Below, piece by piece: positions 48,533 to 58,144 of a stretch of 64,000 bases of DNA (positions are counted from its first letter, which is position 1; the number at the start of each line of letters is the position of its first letter). A program made the translations under genes and the position numbers. This DNA is from a virus. The notes beneath the pieces were generated by a model. That model was not told where the DNA came from. It was given only the letters and a program-made list of their open reading frames with translations, and searched no databases. The DNA lies in IMG/VR virus record IMGVR_UViG_3300044797_000318, positions 1 through 64,000 of that record. One strand, given 5' to 3'.

Positions 48533-48937
48533 TTATTTTACAAAAACGTAGTATTTTTCCGCAATTATTTTATATAATTCTTCGGAAGTTGGTTTTATCA
48601 AACCAGCGGAATGACCAATTTTAATATCATTGGCACGAACCATACCATGTGGCAATTCAATAACTAAATCACTAAATAAATTATCACCAATCATACGAGT
48701 GGAGTGAGGTTCCCCGTAGCAAATCTCTGAAACTTTACCAGCATGACAAAAAACAATATCTAGTGGGCTGGGAGTATTGTGCATCCAAAATTTGTTAATA
48801 CGAGGAGAGCTATAGATAAAAGACATAACTGGTGGCGGCCAAGCTTGATGCATGAGCCCTCGGCCTTGCTCTTCGGCAGAAATAGCTAGCAAACTTGGAA
48901 AGATATTATTATGAATAAAGATATACCCGTTTTCCAT
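48533..48937 (-). CDS. DUF192 family protein
   Basis: EQGRGLM...FWMHNTPSPLDIVF...VIELPHG. Confidence 0.85.
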   Translation of the reverse strand: MENGYIFIHNNIFPSLLAISAEEQGRGLMHQAWPPPVMSFIYSSPRINKFWMHNTPSPLDIVFCHAGKVSEICYGEPHSTRMIGDNLFSDLVIELPHGMVRANDIKIGHSAGLIKPTSEELYKIIAEKYYVFVK

Positions 48938-48944
48938 AATAACC

Positions 48945-50345
48945 TTAAAACAAGAAAGTGGAGGCTTCTTCCGGCTTTTCGGAATGATAGAGTGATCTTA
49001 GCATAATACGAAGTGAAGACATCTCGCGATTGACCTGGCCAAGGGCCGCTACAAGTTTTTCTTGATCGAACCCACTTTCTAATAGGTTCATTACTTCATT
49101 TAAGTCTTTCCTGATTTGAGTAATAAATTGATAGATTTCCAGTCTTTGACCGGAGGTGGCGCCAGGGAGGACTTGATGTCTAAACTTACCTAATTGTCTC
49201 TGGGCTTCCTTAGCTGGCAACTTAGCCTTTAACTGCGCTACCACTTGCACAAAATTATTTCCGTTGGTGCCTAATTGAGTATTGGTTTCTTGTAGGGCTT
49301 TATCATAAACAGCATCTATATTAGATTTTTGGAAGACATCAAACATCTTATCTTTGGGGGCGGCCAAGATACCGTCAATAACGGAACCCAACTCACGAAA
49401 AGCTGGATTGCTAGCTACCACTCCTAAACTGGCAGAGGCAGCTCTATAATCTGTAATTTTAGCAAGAGAGGGGCTGCTGGGCGTAGCAGTAGGTTTTATT
49501 TCCTGATTTTCATCTGCCTCTCGTCCCTCCTCGATAGCTTTCTCTTTCTTTAATTCTGGATCGGTTTCTATTTGACCACCTTGATCTTTAATTAGATCGC
49601 TCGGTCTAATAGCTTTGTAAGTAGAGAAAAGACGATTAACGGCATTCCAATAATTCCAAATTTGCGTCATCATCTTGTGAGAGACAACAATACTATTCTT
49701 AGAAGACTTAACAATTTCTTTATGGAGTTTCTTTAATTCCTTATAAGATTTGACACAGTTGTCCAACATAGCCATTCGCAAACGACGAATGCGAGCCCCT
49801 TCACCAAACCCAAACTTAGGATTGAATAGTCTAGTGATAAAACGAGAAAATGGGTTGGAAGCCAAAGTTTCCAGCTCGTATTTACTTTCCAGACGAAAAG
49901 CTACCTTAATTAATTCCGAGTCGTTTAAGGAAGCGGCTAACTGCTTTCCCATTTGTTGGGATAAGTCTGAATTACCAGGAGCTGCGGGAGCGGCAGTATC
50001 ATTAGCTGGTGGCGGAGTTTGCCCTGGTGCTACCACTGGCTTCTGTGGCTTTTGACGACGGTTCTTAGCATAATCCAATTGTTCTTGAATAATACCATTG
50101 CCTCGATTAACAATTTCTTGAAAATCACCAGCCAAAGCCCCAATGACAGTCCCAGGATCGGCCGGAATAGGCTGCGTAATACGGGAGCGTTCCTTGAAAA
50201 ATTTGGAAGGCCAACCATTTATTGTTTTTTTAATATGAATAAGATCGTTGATAAATGTAGACACGTCTTTGTTCCAAGTAGCTTTATTGGCTCTTAGTCT
50301 CTCTTGGACGGGGTCGGCGGATGGTTTTCGGGCAATCTTTTCCAT
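48945..50345 (-). CDS. Hypothetical helical protein
   Basis: 466-aa ORF. Confidence 0.8.
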   Translation of the reverse strand: MEKIARKPSADPVQERLRANKATWNKDVSTFINDLIHIKKTINGWPSKFFKERSRITQPIPADPGTVIGALAGDFQEIVNRGNGIIQEQLDYAKNRRQKPQKPVVAPGQTPPPANDTAAPAAPGNSDLSQQMGKQLAASLNDSELIKVAFRLESKYELETLASNPFSRFITRLFNPKFGFGEGARIRRLRMAMLDNCVKSYKELKKLHKEIVKSSKNSIVVSHKMMTQIWNYWNAVNRLFSTYKAIRPSDLIKDQGGQIETDPELKKEKAIEEGREADENQEIKPTATPSSPSLAKITDYRAASASLGVVASNPAFRELGSVIDGILAAPKDKMFDVFQKSNIDAVYDKALQETNTQLGTNGNNFVQVVAQLKAKLPAKEAQRQLGKFRHQVLPGATSGQRLEIYQFITQIRKDLNEVMNLLESGFDQEKLVAALGQVNREMSSLRIMLRSLYHSEKPEEASTFLF

Positions 50346-50375
50346 TAGTAAAGATATGGAATTATTGCCACTTAT

Positions 50376-50415
50376 AATAAAAACGCTGGTATCCTACTTC
50401 GATAAGATACCAGCG
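50376..50415 (-). terminator. Rho-independent terminator after the clpP pair
   Basis: 10-bp stem CGCTGGTATC/GATACCAGCG followed by TTTTT on the minus strand. Confidence 0.75.
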
Positions 50416-50432
50416 ATCCCACAACAGGACAT

Positions 50433-51071
50433 TTAGATAATATGGTCAATAATACCATAAGCTTGGGCTGCCTTGGCATCCATCCAATGCTCGGTTTGAC
50501 AATCGGCTTTTACCTTTTCGAAAGTTTGTCCAGTATGTTTAGCCATTACTTTCAACATGGTATCATTTTCCTCATCAACAAATTCTAGATAGTTTTTACT
50601 ATTAGTAAAATCAAACCCAGGTATTGGAAAAACAAACTGGGTGCCATGGATCATTACCTTAGAACTACGAAGGGCATAACGTTTTCCCTTCGAGCCAGCC
50701 GCCAAAATCCAGGCGCCCGCAGAATAAGCTTTACCGAGGAGAATGGTTTTGATGGGGGCGCGAACCATTTGCATAACATCATAGATATTAGCCATACCGG
50801 TAGCAGCCCCGCCATTAGTATGAATGTAAATATCGATCTCAGCTTCGTGATCTTGGTTATCATAATACAATAACATAGAAGATAATTCAGCCCCTAACCT
50901 ATCAGAAACATTCTCGTAAATGAAAATGGCACGACTTTTAGTTAGTTTGACATAACTTTCTGCATAGCCCATCGGCATTTGCATACGAAAATGATCTTTA
51001 TGATCGTGTTGGTCTTTGGTATTCTCTCGCTCTTTATGGTGTCGAGCAACCTTTACTACTTGATCATTCAT
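50433..51071 (-). CDS. clpP: ClpP protease subunit (Ser and His retained)
   Basis: YIHTNGG, IYDVMQ, AYSAGA, MIHG, HTGQ and AYGIIDHI. Confidence 0.9.
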   Translation of the reverse strand: MNDQVVKVARHHKERENTKDQHDHKDHFRMQMPMGYAESYVKLTKSRAIFIYENVSDRLGAELSSMLLYYDNQDHEAEIDIYIHTNGGAATGMANIYDVMQMVRAPIKTILLGKAYSAGAWILAAGSKGKRYALRSSKVMIHGTQFVFPIPGFDFTNSKNYLEFVDEENDTMLKVMAKHTGQTFEKVKADCQTEHWMDAKAAQAYGIIDHII

Positions 51072-51079
51072 GGCTTGCC

Positions 51080-51664
51080 TTACTTATTGAAAGTGACGAT
51101 CTGATCGATAAACCCATACTTCATCGCATTTTTAGCATTAAAGAAAACTCGACGATCAAAATCTTTTTTGACCTGACCCACAGTTTTCTTAGTGGTCTTA
51201 GCCAAAATTTCCATTAGGCGTTGATTGTCCAATTTTTCTTGTTCGAACAGGGCATGAGCACCCGGCAAATCAGTATGCATATGAAAATTATGCACTAGCT
51301 GTGTTGCCGCAATGATAGCATGAGGAGTAGCTAATCTCATTTTAGGTTTGCCGCCTGCTAATATTATTAGTGCCTCATCGAAGGCCGCACCAATACATAC
51401 AGTTTCAATAGGGGCTCGAACCATCGACATAACATCATAAATCATAAAAGCGTTTCTAATATCTCCGCCAGAACAATTAATGAATAAGGTAATCTTTTTT
51501 TCTGGATCCTCATGATCTTTTAGTAGTAATGTCGCCACAATATCTGATGCTAAATCATCATCTAGATGATTAGCAAGAAACAAAATGCGGTCGCTAGATA
51601 ATTTTTGATAGACATCAACGGGAACTTCACCGTGTTCAGTTTGCTCTAAAACTAATGTATTCAT
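51080..51664 (-). CDS. Catalytically inactive ClpP paralog (ClpR-like)
   Basis: ClpP fold (DRILFL, FINCSGG, YGFID) but AAFDEA at the Ser motif, AATQ at the His motif and DRRVF at the Asp motif. Confidence 0.85.
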   Translation of the reverse strand: MNTLVLEQTEHGEVPVDVYQKLSSDRILFLANHLDDDLASDIVATLLLKDHEDPEKKITLFINCSGGDIRNAFMIYDVMSMVRAPIETVCIGAAFDEALIILAGGKPKMRLATPHAIIAATQLVHNFHMHTDLPGAHALFEQEKLDNQRLMEILAKTTKKTVGQVKKDFDRRVFFNAKNAMKYGFIDQIVTFNK

Positions 51665-51666
51665 AA

Positions 51667-52020
51667 TTATTTCTTTCGTTGTTTAGCTTCGGCTTCACGT
51701 TCTTCTGCACAGGCCACACACGTTTGGAAATGCGGATTATGCAAAAGTCTTTTTTCAGGGATAGGTTCCTCACAATCTTGGCATAAGCCATATGTTTTGT
51801 CATCAATACGTTTCAGGGCCGCCTCTATTTGCGCTAACTTGGCGGAATTTCGAGTATTAAGTTGATTGGTTAATTCAATCAATATATTGGCCTGAATAAT
51901 ATCTGTCTCATCTCCTTCTGTATCCACGTCAATATCTTGATTTACTTGCCTCAATATTTCTTGTTTTTCAGCAAGCAATAGCTCTTTTACCTTAAATAAA
52001 AACGTTTTATTCATAATCAA
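51667..52020 (-). CDS. DksA/TraR family C4 Zn-finger protein
   Basis: GDETD coiled-coil tip; ALKRIDDKTYGLCQDCEEPIPEKRL...CVAC. Confidence 0.92.
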   Translation of the reverse strand: MIMNKTFLFKVKELLLAEKQEILRQVNQDIDVDTEGDETDIIQANILIELTNQLNTRNSAKLAQIEAALKRIDDKTYGLCQDCEEPIPEKRLLHNPHFQTCVACAEEREAEAKQRKK

Positions 52021-52400
52021 AACCTCAAATCAGAAATTGGCACAACGATGGTACCCAAAGGGGCTTGTTGCTTTTTACCATCTACTCTTTTTATAAAAAC
52101 TATAAATGCGTGATTTTCCGGCTCTTTAAGAAAAAATGCATTAACTTCCCAGCCATTATACAGGGCCGACCTTTGTTCATTGGCAAATTTTAGAGTGCGT
52201 GTGTTTTCCATCACCTGCGCTCTTTTGAGACGAAACGGACCGTGAATTATTTTAGCCTTAACACCAGCTTGCTCGAAAAAAAGAGAAGCTGCCTCATCTT
52301 GTGAAACGGCTTGTATTACCTCGGAGACAATTTCATTAGTTTGATTGGGCTTAATCGCTACACAGACAAACACAACGGGGCGGGGGCCTCTTTTATTCAT
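52017..52400 (-). CDS. Hypothetical protein
   Basis: 127-aa ORF. Confidence 0.7.
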   Translation of the reverse strand: MNKRGPRPVVFVCVAIKPNQTNEIVSEVIQAVSQDEAASLFFEQAGVKAKIIHGPFRLKRAQVMENTRTLKFANEQRSALYNGWEVNAFFLKEPENHAFIVFIKRVDGKKQQAPLGTIVVPISDLRF

Positions 52401-52731
52401 GGTAATTATCTTTCAACGTACTGTCAAGATCTAAAGATGCCACTAATTTTTTATGAATTGGCTTGGCTAAAAAAATTCTCATAATTCGATACCCAGGTGA
52501 TTCCATCATTTGCTGAAATCTAACATCGTGATATCTACGAGGTGGAGTATCTTTTAGAATTATGGTTCCAAGATTAGTAATTTTTATTTCTTTGCCATCT
52601 CGTAAGTCTTTGAGCATTTCCTCAAACAAAATACTGATGACGCTAAAAACATGATAATGATGTATTAATCTTTTAATTTTGCGATTAACATAGTGCCACA
52701 AATCTCTTTTACTAATATTGAGTGGGATCAT
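52393..52731 (-). CDS. HU/IHF-like DNA-binding protein
   Basis: LRDGKEIKITNLGTI...PRR arm pattern. Confidence 0.7.
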   Translation of the reverse strand: MIPLNISKRDLWHYVNRKIKRLIHHYHVFSVISILFEEMLKDLRDGKEIKITNLGTIILKDTPPRRYHDVRFQQMMESPGYRIMRIFLAKPIHKKLVASLDLDSTLKDNYHE

Positions 52732-53207
52732 TTATCCTCGTGCAAAACAAACTTCATATACTCATCAAATCGAGGACCTTGGAAAATACAATCTGCCGAA
52801 CGTTCTATTTTACGAGATAAAACTTGACACTCTAATAGCTGTTTGATTATAAAATTAGTATTGTTATCAAAAGTTTCTTGATCGCGATCTATTTCCGTCA
52901 TAGTTTTAACCCTCTCACAAATGCTCTTACAAAGATCAGGATATTTCAGATCAAAAAATGGAAGCAATTTGGCTTCTTCCGTCTTATCTTTTACTGGTTT
53001 CTGAAAAGAAGAAATAACATCCAACAATTTAGAACGTGTTTTCTTTGCTACTTCAACTGCTTTGATTTCCTCATCAATCTCTGCGATTTTCTTTTTAGCC
53101 CTAGCAACGATTTCGTCAGGCGTTTCTAAACCAGCTTGCACACACTCGCTAATAAAAAATGAGATAAAACTAGGATCACTCTTCTTGCCCTTCATTATTG
53201 ACCTCAA
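52728..53207 (-). CDS. Hypothetical protein
   Basis: 159-aa ORF. Confidence 0.7.
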   Translation of the reverse strand: MRSIMKGKKSDPSFISFFISECVQAGLETPDEIVARAKKKIAEIDEEIKAVEVAKKTRSKLLDVISSFQKPVKDKTEEAKLLPFFDLKYPDLCKSICERVKTMTEIDRDQETFDNNTNFIIKQLLECQVLSRKIERSADCIFQGPRFDEYMKFVLHEDK

Positions 53208-53736
53208 AATAGTTGTTATGAAATTTAATGAATGTTAATAGCTGCGCATACAACTCTTGATAAGCTACACATTTAACCCATCCAAAACCTAAATCTCGGA
53301 GTTGTTCCATGCCAGCTAAAAAAGTGCCCTGTAAATAAGTAGTGCAGGGTATCCAATGTTTTTTGTCGGTATTAACCGCAATCATAGCTTCTGGATCTAT
53401 CTCTTCCTCAATTATTTGATTGAAGATAAAATAAATACCAAAAGCAGGGGCTCCCTTCAACTGCACAACTACACCATATTCTGGTACGTTTTTTTCTTGT
53501 GTGCAATCAGCTAAAAGTAACTTGAAGTCCTGAGAATTGGCAACTGGAATCTGGCAACCATATACGTTTTTACGAAGGGGATCGGATCCTTCAATTTCCA
53601 AAGTAATTTTCTCTGGTAGTAAAAACTGCTTACTAATTACTGCTTTAGTCTGTTCTTGATTAACAAAGGGGGCAGGAAGCACCCCCAAATTGGCCAATAT
53701 ATGATAAGAGATTTCTTCCGTTAGTTTTTGGTTCAT
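53176..53736 (-). CDS. Hypothetical protein
   Basis: 186-aa ORF. Confidence 0.7.
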   Translation of the reverse strand: MNQKLTEEISYHILANLGVLPAPFVNQEQTKAVISKQFLLPEKITLEIEGSDPLRKNVYGCQIPVANSQDFKLLLADCTQEKNVPEYGVVVQLKGAPAFGIYFIFNQIIEEEIDPEAMIAVNTDKKHWIPCTTYLQGTFLAGMEQLRDLGFGWVKCVAYQELYAQLLTFIKFHNNYFEVNNEGQEE

Positions 53737-54059
53737 TTCTTGGCCTTCATAGCAATAGCTTGGGCTAGGACAGTTCGGAGATCTGGCATAGTAAAGTTCA
53801 ACACCGGAAGTGATTTATGCGCTTGTTCAATATAAGTCTCGAAATTGAAGGGGTCTCCTGCCATTCTACGCTTGGCTAATTCTTCCATACAAATGGGAGA
53901 TATTTTTTCTCCCATTCCAAAATAACGATCACAGACAATCATCTCACACAATTTTTCACTGCTAAATTGTGGGACATTGGCCTTGACTTTTTCTAAGTCC
54001 AATTTTACTTCTTCCAAGGGGCCGTCTGAGGCGAAATCGTCGAGTATGTTATTTTTCAT
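53733..54059 (-). CDS. Hypothetical protein
   Basis: 108-aa ORF. Confidence 0.7.
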   Translation of the reverse strand: MKNNILDDFASDGPLEEVKLDLEKVKANVPQFSSEKLCEMIVCDRYFGMGEKISPICMEELAKRRMAGDPFNFETYIEQAHKSLPVLNFTMPDLRTVLAQAIAMKAKK

Positions 54060-54399
54060 GTTTCCTTAGTTTGGGCGGGGTAGAGATACGAACTTTCAGA
54101 GAAGGTAATATATGACCGTCTCGACGATGCTCAAAAAAATGTAATTTGGTATCGAAAAAAAGATTATTGAAATTGAGGATTTTTCCCAGCACCAGTAGAT
54201 CGCGAAAGCTAGCAAATACTGCCTTGATAATAATACCAACCTCAGACTTATCTAGTAAGGGATATCGAGCATGAACTCGATTTACTAAATCTTCATTATG
54301 TTTCAGGCTAATTGGATAATCATCATTTAGTTCATCTACCATTTGTTGATGGGTTTGATCCTTGAAGGTGAATGGAACGATCGTATTGAGCTTCTTCAT
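54049..54399 (-). CDS. Divergent HU/IHF-like protein (putative)
   Basis: DLVNRVHARYPLLDKSEVGIIIKAVFASFRDLLVLGK resembles IHF-beta N-terminal helices. Confidence 0.5.
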   Translation of the reverse strand: MKKLNTIVPFTFKDQTHQQMVDELNDDYPISLKHNEDLVNRVHARYPLLDKSEVGIIIKAVFASFRDLLVLGKILNFNNLFFDTKLHFFEHRRDGHILPSLKVRISTPPKLRKHEK

Positions 54400-54445
54400 A
54401 ATATTAACATATAACGAAACATTATCGGCAGGTATATACTTTGGT

Positions 54446-55025
54446 ATGATTTATATTTATGCCTACCAAAACAAAATCAATGGAAAAATTTACATTGGGC
54501 AAACTATCGATTTGTTCGAGCGAGACAGGGCCCATATTTACGGTAACAAATCGATGCCAATCGACCGAGCTATAAAAAAGTATGGTAGAAATACTTTTGA
54601 CTTTTGGACAATAGATATAGTCAATTCCCAAGAGGATGCAGATCATTGTGAAATTTATTTCATCGAAAAAATGCGTAATGAATTTGGTAAAGAAAATGTA
54701 TATAATATTACTAATGGTGGTAGTAAATCACCAACTACCGGAAGAAAACTTTCCAAAGAAACAAGAGAAAAAATATCCTTGGCGCGACAAGGCCAAAAAC
54801 CATCATTGGGTATGAAACATACTGAACAAGCTAAAAAGAAAATAAGTAAAGCCAATAAGGGTAAGAAGCGCTCAACATTACAAATCAAAACTAAATAATG
54901 ATCAAAAAGAGACAATTGTATCTCTTTATAAAGATGGTAAGGTACTAGTAAAAGATTTAGCTCGTATCTATAAAGTAGATAGAAAAACTATCTATACGGT
55001 AGTGCAGAAATTTACTAAAATATAA
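54446..55025 (+). pseudogene. GIY-YIG/NUMOD3 homing endonuclease with a frameshifted C-terminal HTH
   Basis: YIYAYQNKINGKIYIGQT and NUMOD3 repeats up to TAA at 54898. Another frame gives KSKLNNDQKETIVSLYKDG...KDLARIYKVDRKTIY to 55025. Confidence 0.8.
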
Positions 55026-55118
55026 TCTAGACACATATACTATACACCCCCTATTAGATCCCCCAAACTTTTGTCGAGATCCAGTTCGTTTTCAGAACAT
55101 TCCGATATAAAGATCAAT

Positions 55119-55727
55119 ATGCCAGGATTGATCCTACCAAAAGTTAAAAAATTGTTAGTCGTTGGGCCGTGCTACGATAAAATAGAAAAATTAGCTCGTG
55201 CAGAAGTTCTCATTCCGCAATACGATTGGGTGATATTCAATAGTGGATTATGTCAGCCACCTGATAATTTATATGAAATAAATCGGCGTATTGACAAAAT
55301 GAAACAGTTGATTTCAACGGGTAAAGTCATTTATGTGGCTGGACGTTCCGATTACTTATTGCTAAATAACTTACAAATTGATTTATCATTAGAAAAATGG
55401 ATTAGAAGCCTTTACAATTTAGTTATTGCAGAGTTTTCTACTCGTAATGTTATTATCACAGATGGGGGCATTCCGGACACTGCTACTATTCGTACAGATT
55501 TATTAGATAACTTAGAAGTTAGCTTTATCTCTCGTTTGAAAGATAAGCCTTGGCAACGCAGCTACAATGGGAGTTTGGGATACGTCATTTCTAATAATCC
55601 ACTGACTAATCAGCCCCCGCAGTATTACAAACACTCTATGCAGTTGGGCAATTTATATGCAGCCAACAATTCGGTTTACGCCCAAGAAGTAGATGAAATT
55701 AGCTTGAAAAAGAGTATTTCTCTGTAA
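55119..55727 (+). CDS. Degenerate metallophosphoesterase-fold protein
   Basis: LVVGPCYD where VGDIHG is expected, AGRSDY for GNHD, TDGGI for HAGI. Confidence 0.6.
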   Translation: MPGLILPKVKKLLVVGPCYDKIEKLARAEVLIPQYDWVIFNSGLCQPPDNLYEINRRIDKMKQLISTGKVIYVAGRSDYLLLNNLQIDLSLEKWIRSLYNLVIAEFSTRNVIITDGGIPDTATIRTDLLDNLEVSFISRLKDKPWQRSYNGSLGYVISNNPLTNQPPQYYKHSMQLGNLYAANNSVYAQEVDEISLKKSISL

Positions 55728-55788
55728 CTTATCAATAAAAACATATGTTTGTGCAATTTACTCAAACTGGTTAGTGTGGAGCTCATCA

Positions 55789-56235
55789 ATGGATAAGTGT
55801 ATAAAAATAGCTGCATTATATGTGGCGTCTCTCAAAGCTATTGCTTTAATCCATCAACACCAACATTGGACAACCAAGGGTGAAGCTTTTTATGGTGATC
55901 ATTTGCTATTTGAGAGACTTTACAATTCGGCATTGGAAGATTTAGATTTAGCAGCCGAAAAGTTTATCGGGCTCTTTGGGGACGCGTGCCTCGACTATGA
56001 TATGCAGGCTGACCTATTGCACAAGGTTCTTGTAAAGTATAAGAATCTGGAAGGCTCCCCAGTTCAGATGTCCTTGACGGTGGAGAAAGAATTTCTACAA
56101 TTCTCCAAGGAAGCTTATCACGCCTTCGAGGATAATGATAAATTGACATTGGGATTAGATGACGCCATTATGGCAATTGCCTCAAAAAGAGAAGAGGCGG
56201 TATATTTATTACAACAAACACTAAAAGATGATTAA
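55789..56235 (+). CDS. Dps/ferritin-like protein
   Basis: HQHQHWTTKGEAFYGDHLLFERLY...DLAAEK. Confidence 0.8.
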   Translation: MDKCIKIAALYVASLKAIALIHQHQHWTTKGEAFYGDHLLFERLYNSALEDLDLAAEKFIGLFGDACLDYDMQADLLHKVLVKYKNLEGSPVQMSLTVEKEFLQFSKEAYHAFEDNDKLTLGLDDAIMAIASKREEAVYLLQQTLKDD

Positions 56236-56314
56236 ATAAATCACAAGAAGATACTAGGAAAATTAGCACAATTTGACTAATAATCAGACATTACCTCATA
56301 CCAGGAGAAAACAC

Positions 56315-56698
56315 ATGGATTCCAAGAAGGTCATCGCTACACTATATAAAATCGCCCGTAATCAACAAAAGATTATCGAGAAGTTGGCACAAGTGCAAAC
56401 CGGAGAACTTGCCGTTCCCAATCAACAGCCCTTGGTAACCCCAGCAGCTCCTACTGCTCCAACATCTTTCGAGCCTAATCGACCCGTCTTCAATAATGGT
56501 CAAGCTGTTATCAATGCGTTGCCTGCCGGTGTTAAACCAGCAGTGGCCAATGTGGACGTTCGTGGTTCCGATGTTTTGGTGCAATTCAAGCCAGGCAAAG
56601 CTACCCAAGCTACTTATGATGCTGTCAAGGCCGCAGTAACTGCCCTTCAAGAAAGAGGCGTGTTGCCACTACCAAACTACAACGTCAAAATAGTTTAA
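56315..56698 (+). CDS. Hypothetical protein
   Basis: ATG after AGGAG; 127 aa. Confidence 0.75.
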   Translation: MDSKKVIATLYKIARNQQKIIEKLAQVQTGELAVPNQQPLVTPAAPTAPTSFEPNRPVFNNGQAVINALPAGVKPAVANVDVRGSDVLVQFKPGKATQATYDAVKAAVTALQERGVLPLPNYNVKIV

Positions 56699-57003
56699 GT
56701 TGAGTGTTTGATATTGTAGTGTTGAACACTGCGATATTGTAGCGCAATACTAAGTGCCTCATAGGTATTGATATTATCTTTTAATGACAAACAAGTAAGG
56801 GTTAGTAGGATTTCTCCCAAAGTACGGGATTTAACTCTCTGACGCTCTTCTTCTGGTATGTCTGTCGTTTTAGAATCAACTGCCCTATACAAGCTAATCT
56901 TCATTAGCAATTCATCGAGAATGTGTTGCACATCCGCACCCGTGCTAGCATCTTTCTGGAAATTTTCGCATTTCTCCCACAATTCCTCAAAGTGCATGGT
57001 CAT
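56695..57003 (-). CDS. MazG-like helical protein (degenerate)
   Basis: WEK...ILDEL...LGEILLTLTCLS...IN..EAL pattern. Confidence 0.45.
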   Translation of the reverse strand: MTMHFEELWEKCENFQKDASTGADVQHILDELLMKISLYRAVDSKTTDIPEEERQRVKSRTLGEILLTLTCLSLKDNINTYEALSIALQYRSVQHYNIKHST

Positions 57004-57006
57004 TGT

Positions 57007-57201
57007 TCAATCATCCTGATTTTTATTGTCCATTGGGGCAATCTGCAACTGCTCCCCTCCCACATCCGAGACAAAGACCAAAAACACAGCGCCCTTTTCA
57101 CAATCAATGGAAAATGGGCCTTTTAGTTTTCCAACATAGAAAACTGCACCATCCTTGTCTCTACGAGCTTTGAGATCAAGAGTAAGATTATTATTCGACA
57201 T
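57007..57201 (-). CDS. Small hypothetical protein
   Basis: 64 aa; SD GGAG. Confidence 0.7.
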   Translation of the reverse strand: MSNNNLTLDLKARRDKDGAVFYVGKLKGPFSIDCEKGAVFLVFVSDVGGEQLQIAPMDNKNQDD

Positions 57202-58096
57202 TATTTCTCCGCATATTTTTGACGTAGTTAGCCATACATTTGGCCAGGGCCTTTTCGGAGTCAGTCATTTCAAAACCGGCTGCCGACAACTTCTTCGTAG
57301 AAAGAAGACAGTTGGAACGCTTAGCTACTGTTAGTTGATCCAGTTGTTGTTCGCTGATAAGCTCGAACTGATGTTCTGGAACATATTTCTGGAATTCATT
57401 CATGATGCGAGCGGCCGTGAGGGGCTGTGGATTAGCAACATGAAAAGTTCCGCCAGGCCTGTTAGTGGCCGCCCAAGCAATGCAGCGGACTAAATCATCC
57501 ATGAACGTCATGGAATTAGGGATATCGATGACCTGAGTGTATCCCCTAAGTTTATTGATAAGGTTGCGAGGGTGGTCTTTTTCAGACAGAGGCATCCTCA
57601 AACGCAAAGTGGTGACGTGGGGCATTTCTCCCAACATTAGGTCGCAAGCATACTTACTTTTGGAATAATAAGACTGTGGGTTAGCTACATCTGTTTCTTG
57701 CCAACCATCATCAACTGTAATCCAGTCACCCTCCGCCTCTTCACTCTTTTTAGTGTGTCGTTTGCCCTGTTCGGTTTGTTGTCGGTGGGTGTTGGGAGAA
57801 GTTCCTGAAAATATGCACCCCGATCCTAAATGGATGAGGTGAGCACCATTCTTGGCACACCAGTCAGCGATAATCATTGGAATGATAACGTTGGATTCGT
57901 AAGTGGCAGATTTATTTGTTTCGCACCAATCGATATTAGGACGACCTGTTTTACCAACACAATTGACAACTACGTTTGGTTTTCTGCTGGACAATATGTA
58001 GTCCATATGTTCGGGGTTGACATATAGTTGTGAATTTCTAATTTCATAGGGTAAATGTTCAGCGACAAAACCGCCACCTAACGTTAAAACTCTCAT
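57191..58096 (-). CDS. NDP-4-keto-6-deoxyglucose 3,5-epimerase/4-reductase (NRS/ER-like, RmlD fold)
   Basis: GKTGRPNIDWCE, GSGCIF, YSKSK, LRLRMP, PNSMT and RSNC. Confidence 0.85.
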   Translation of the reverse strand: MRVLTLGGGFVAEHLPYEIRNSQLYVNPEHMDYILSSRKPNVVVNCVGKTGRPNIDWCETNKSATYESNVIIPMIIADWCAKNGAHLIHLGSGCIFSGTSPNTHRQQTEQGKRHTKKSEEAEGDWITVDDGWQETDVANPQSYYSKSKYACDLMLGEMPHVTTLRLRMPLSEKDHPRNLINKLRGYTQVIDIPNSMTFMDDLVRCIAWAATNRPGGTFHVANPQPLTAARIMNEFQKYVPEHQFELISEQQLDQLTVAKRSNCLLSTKKLSAAGFEMTDSEKALAKCMANYVKNMRRNNVE

Positions 58097-58144
58097 GGAA
58101 CCTCAAATCATAAATAAACAATTCGTAATAACTATATCACGCGC

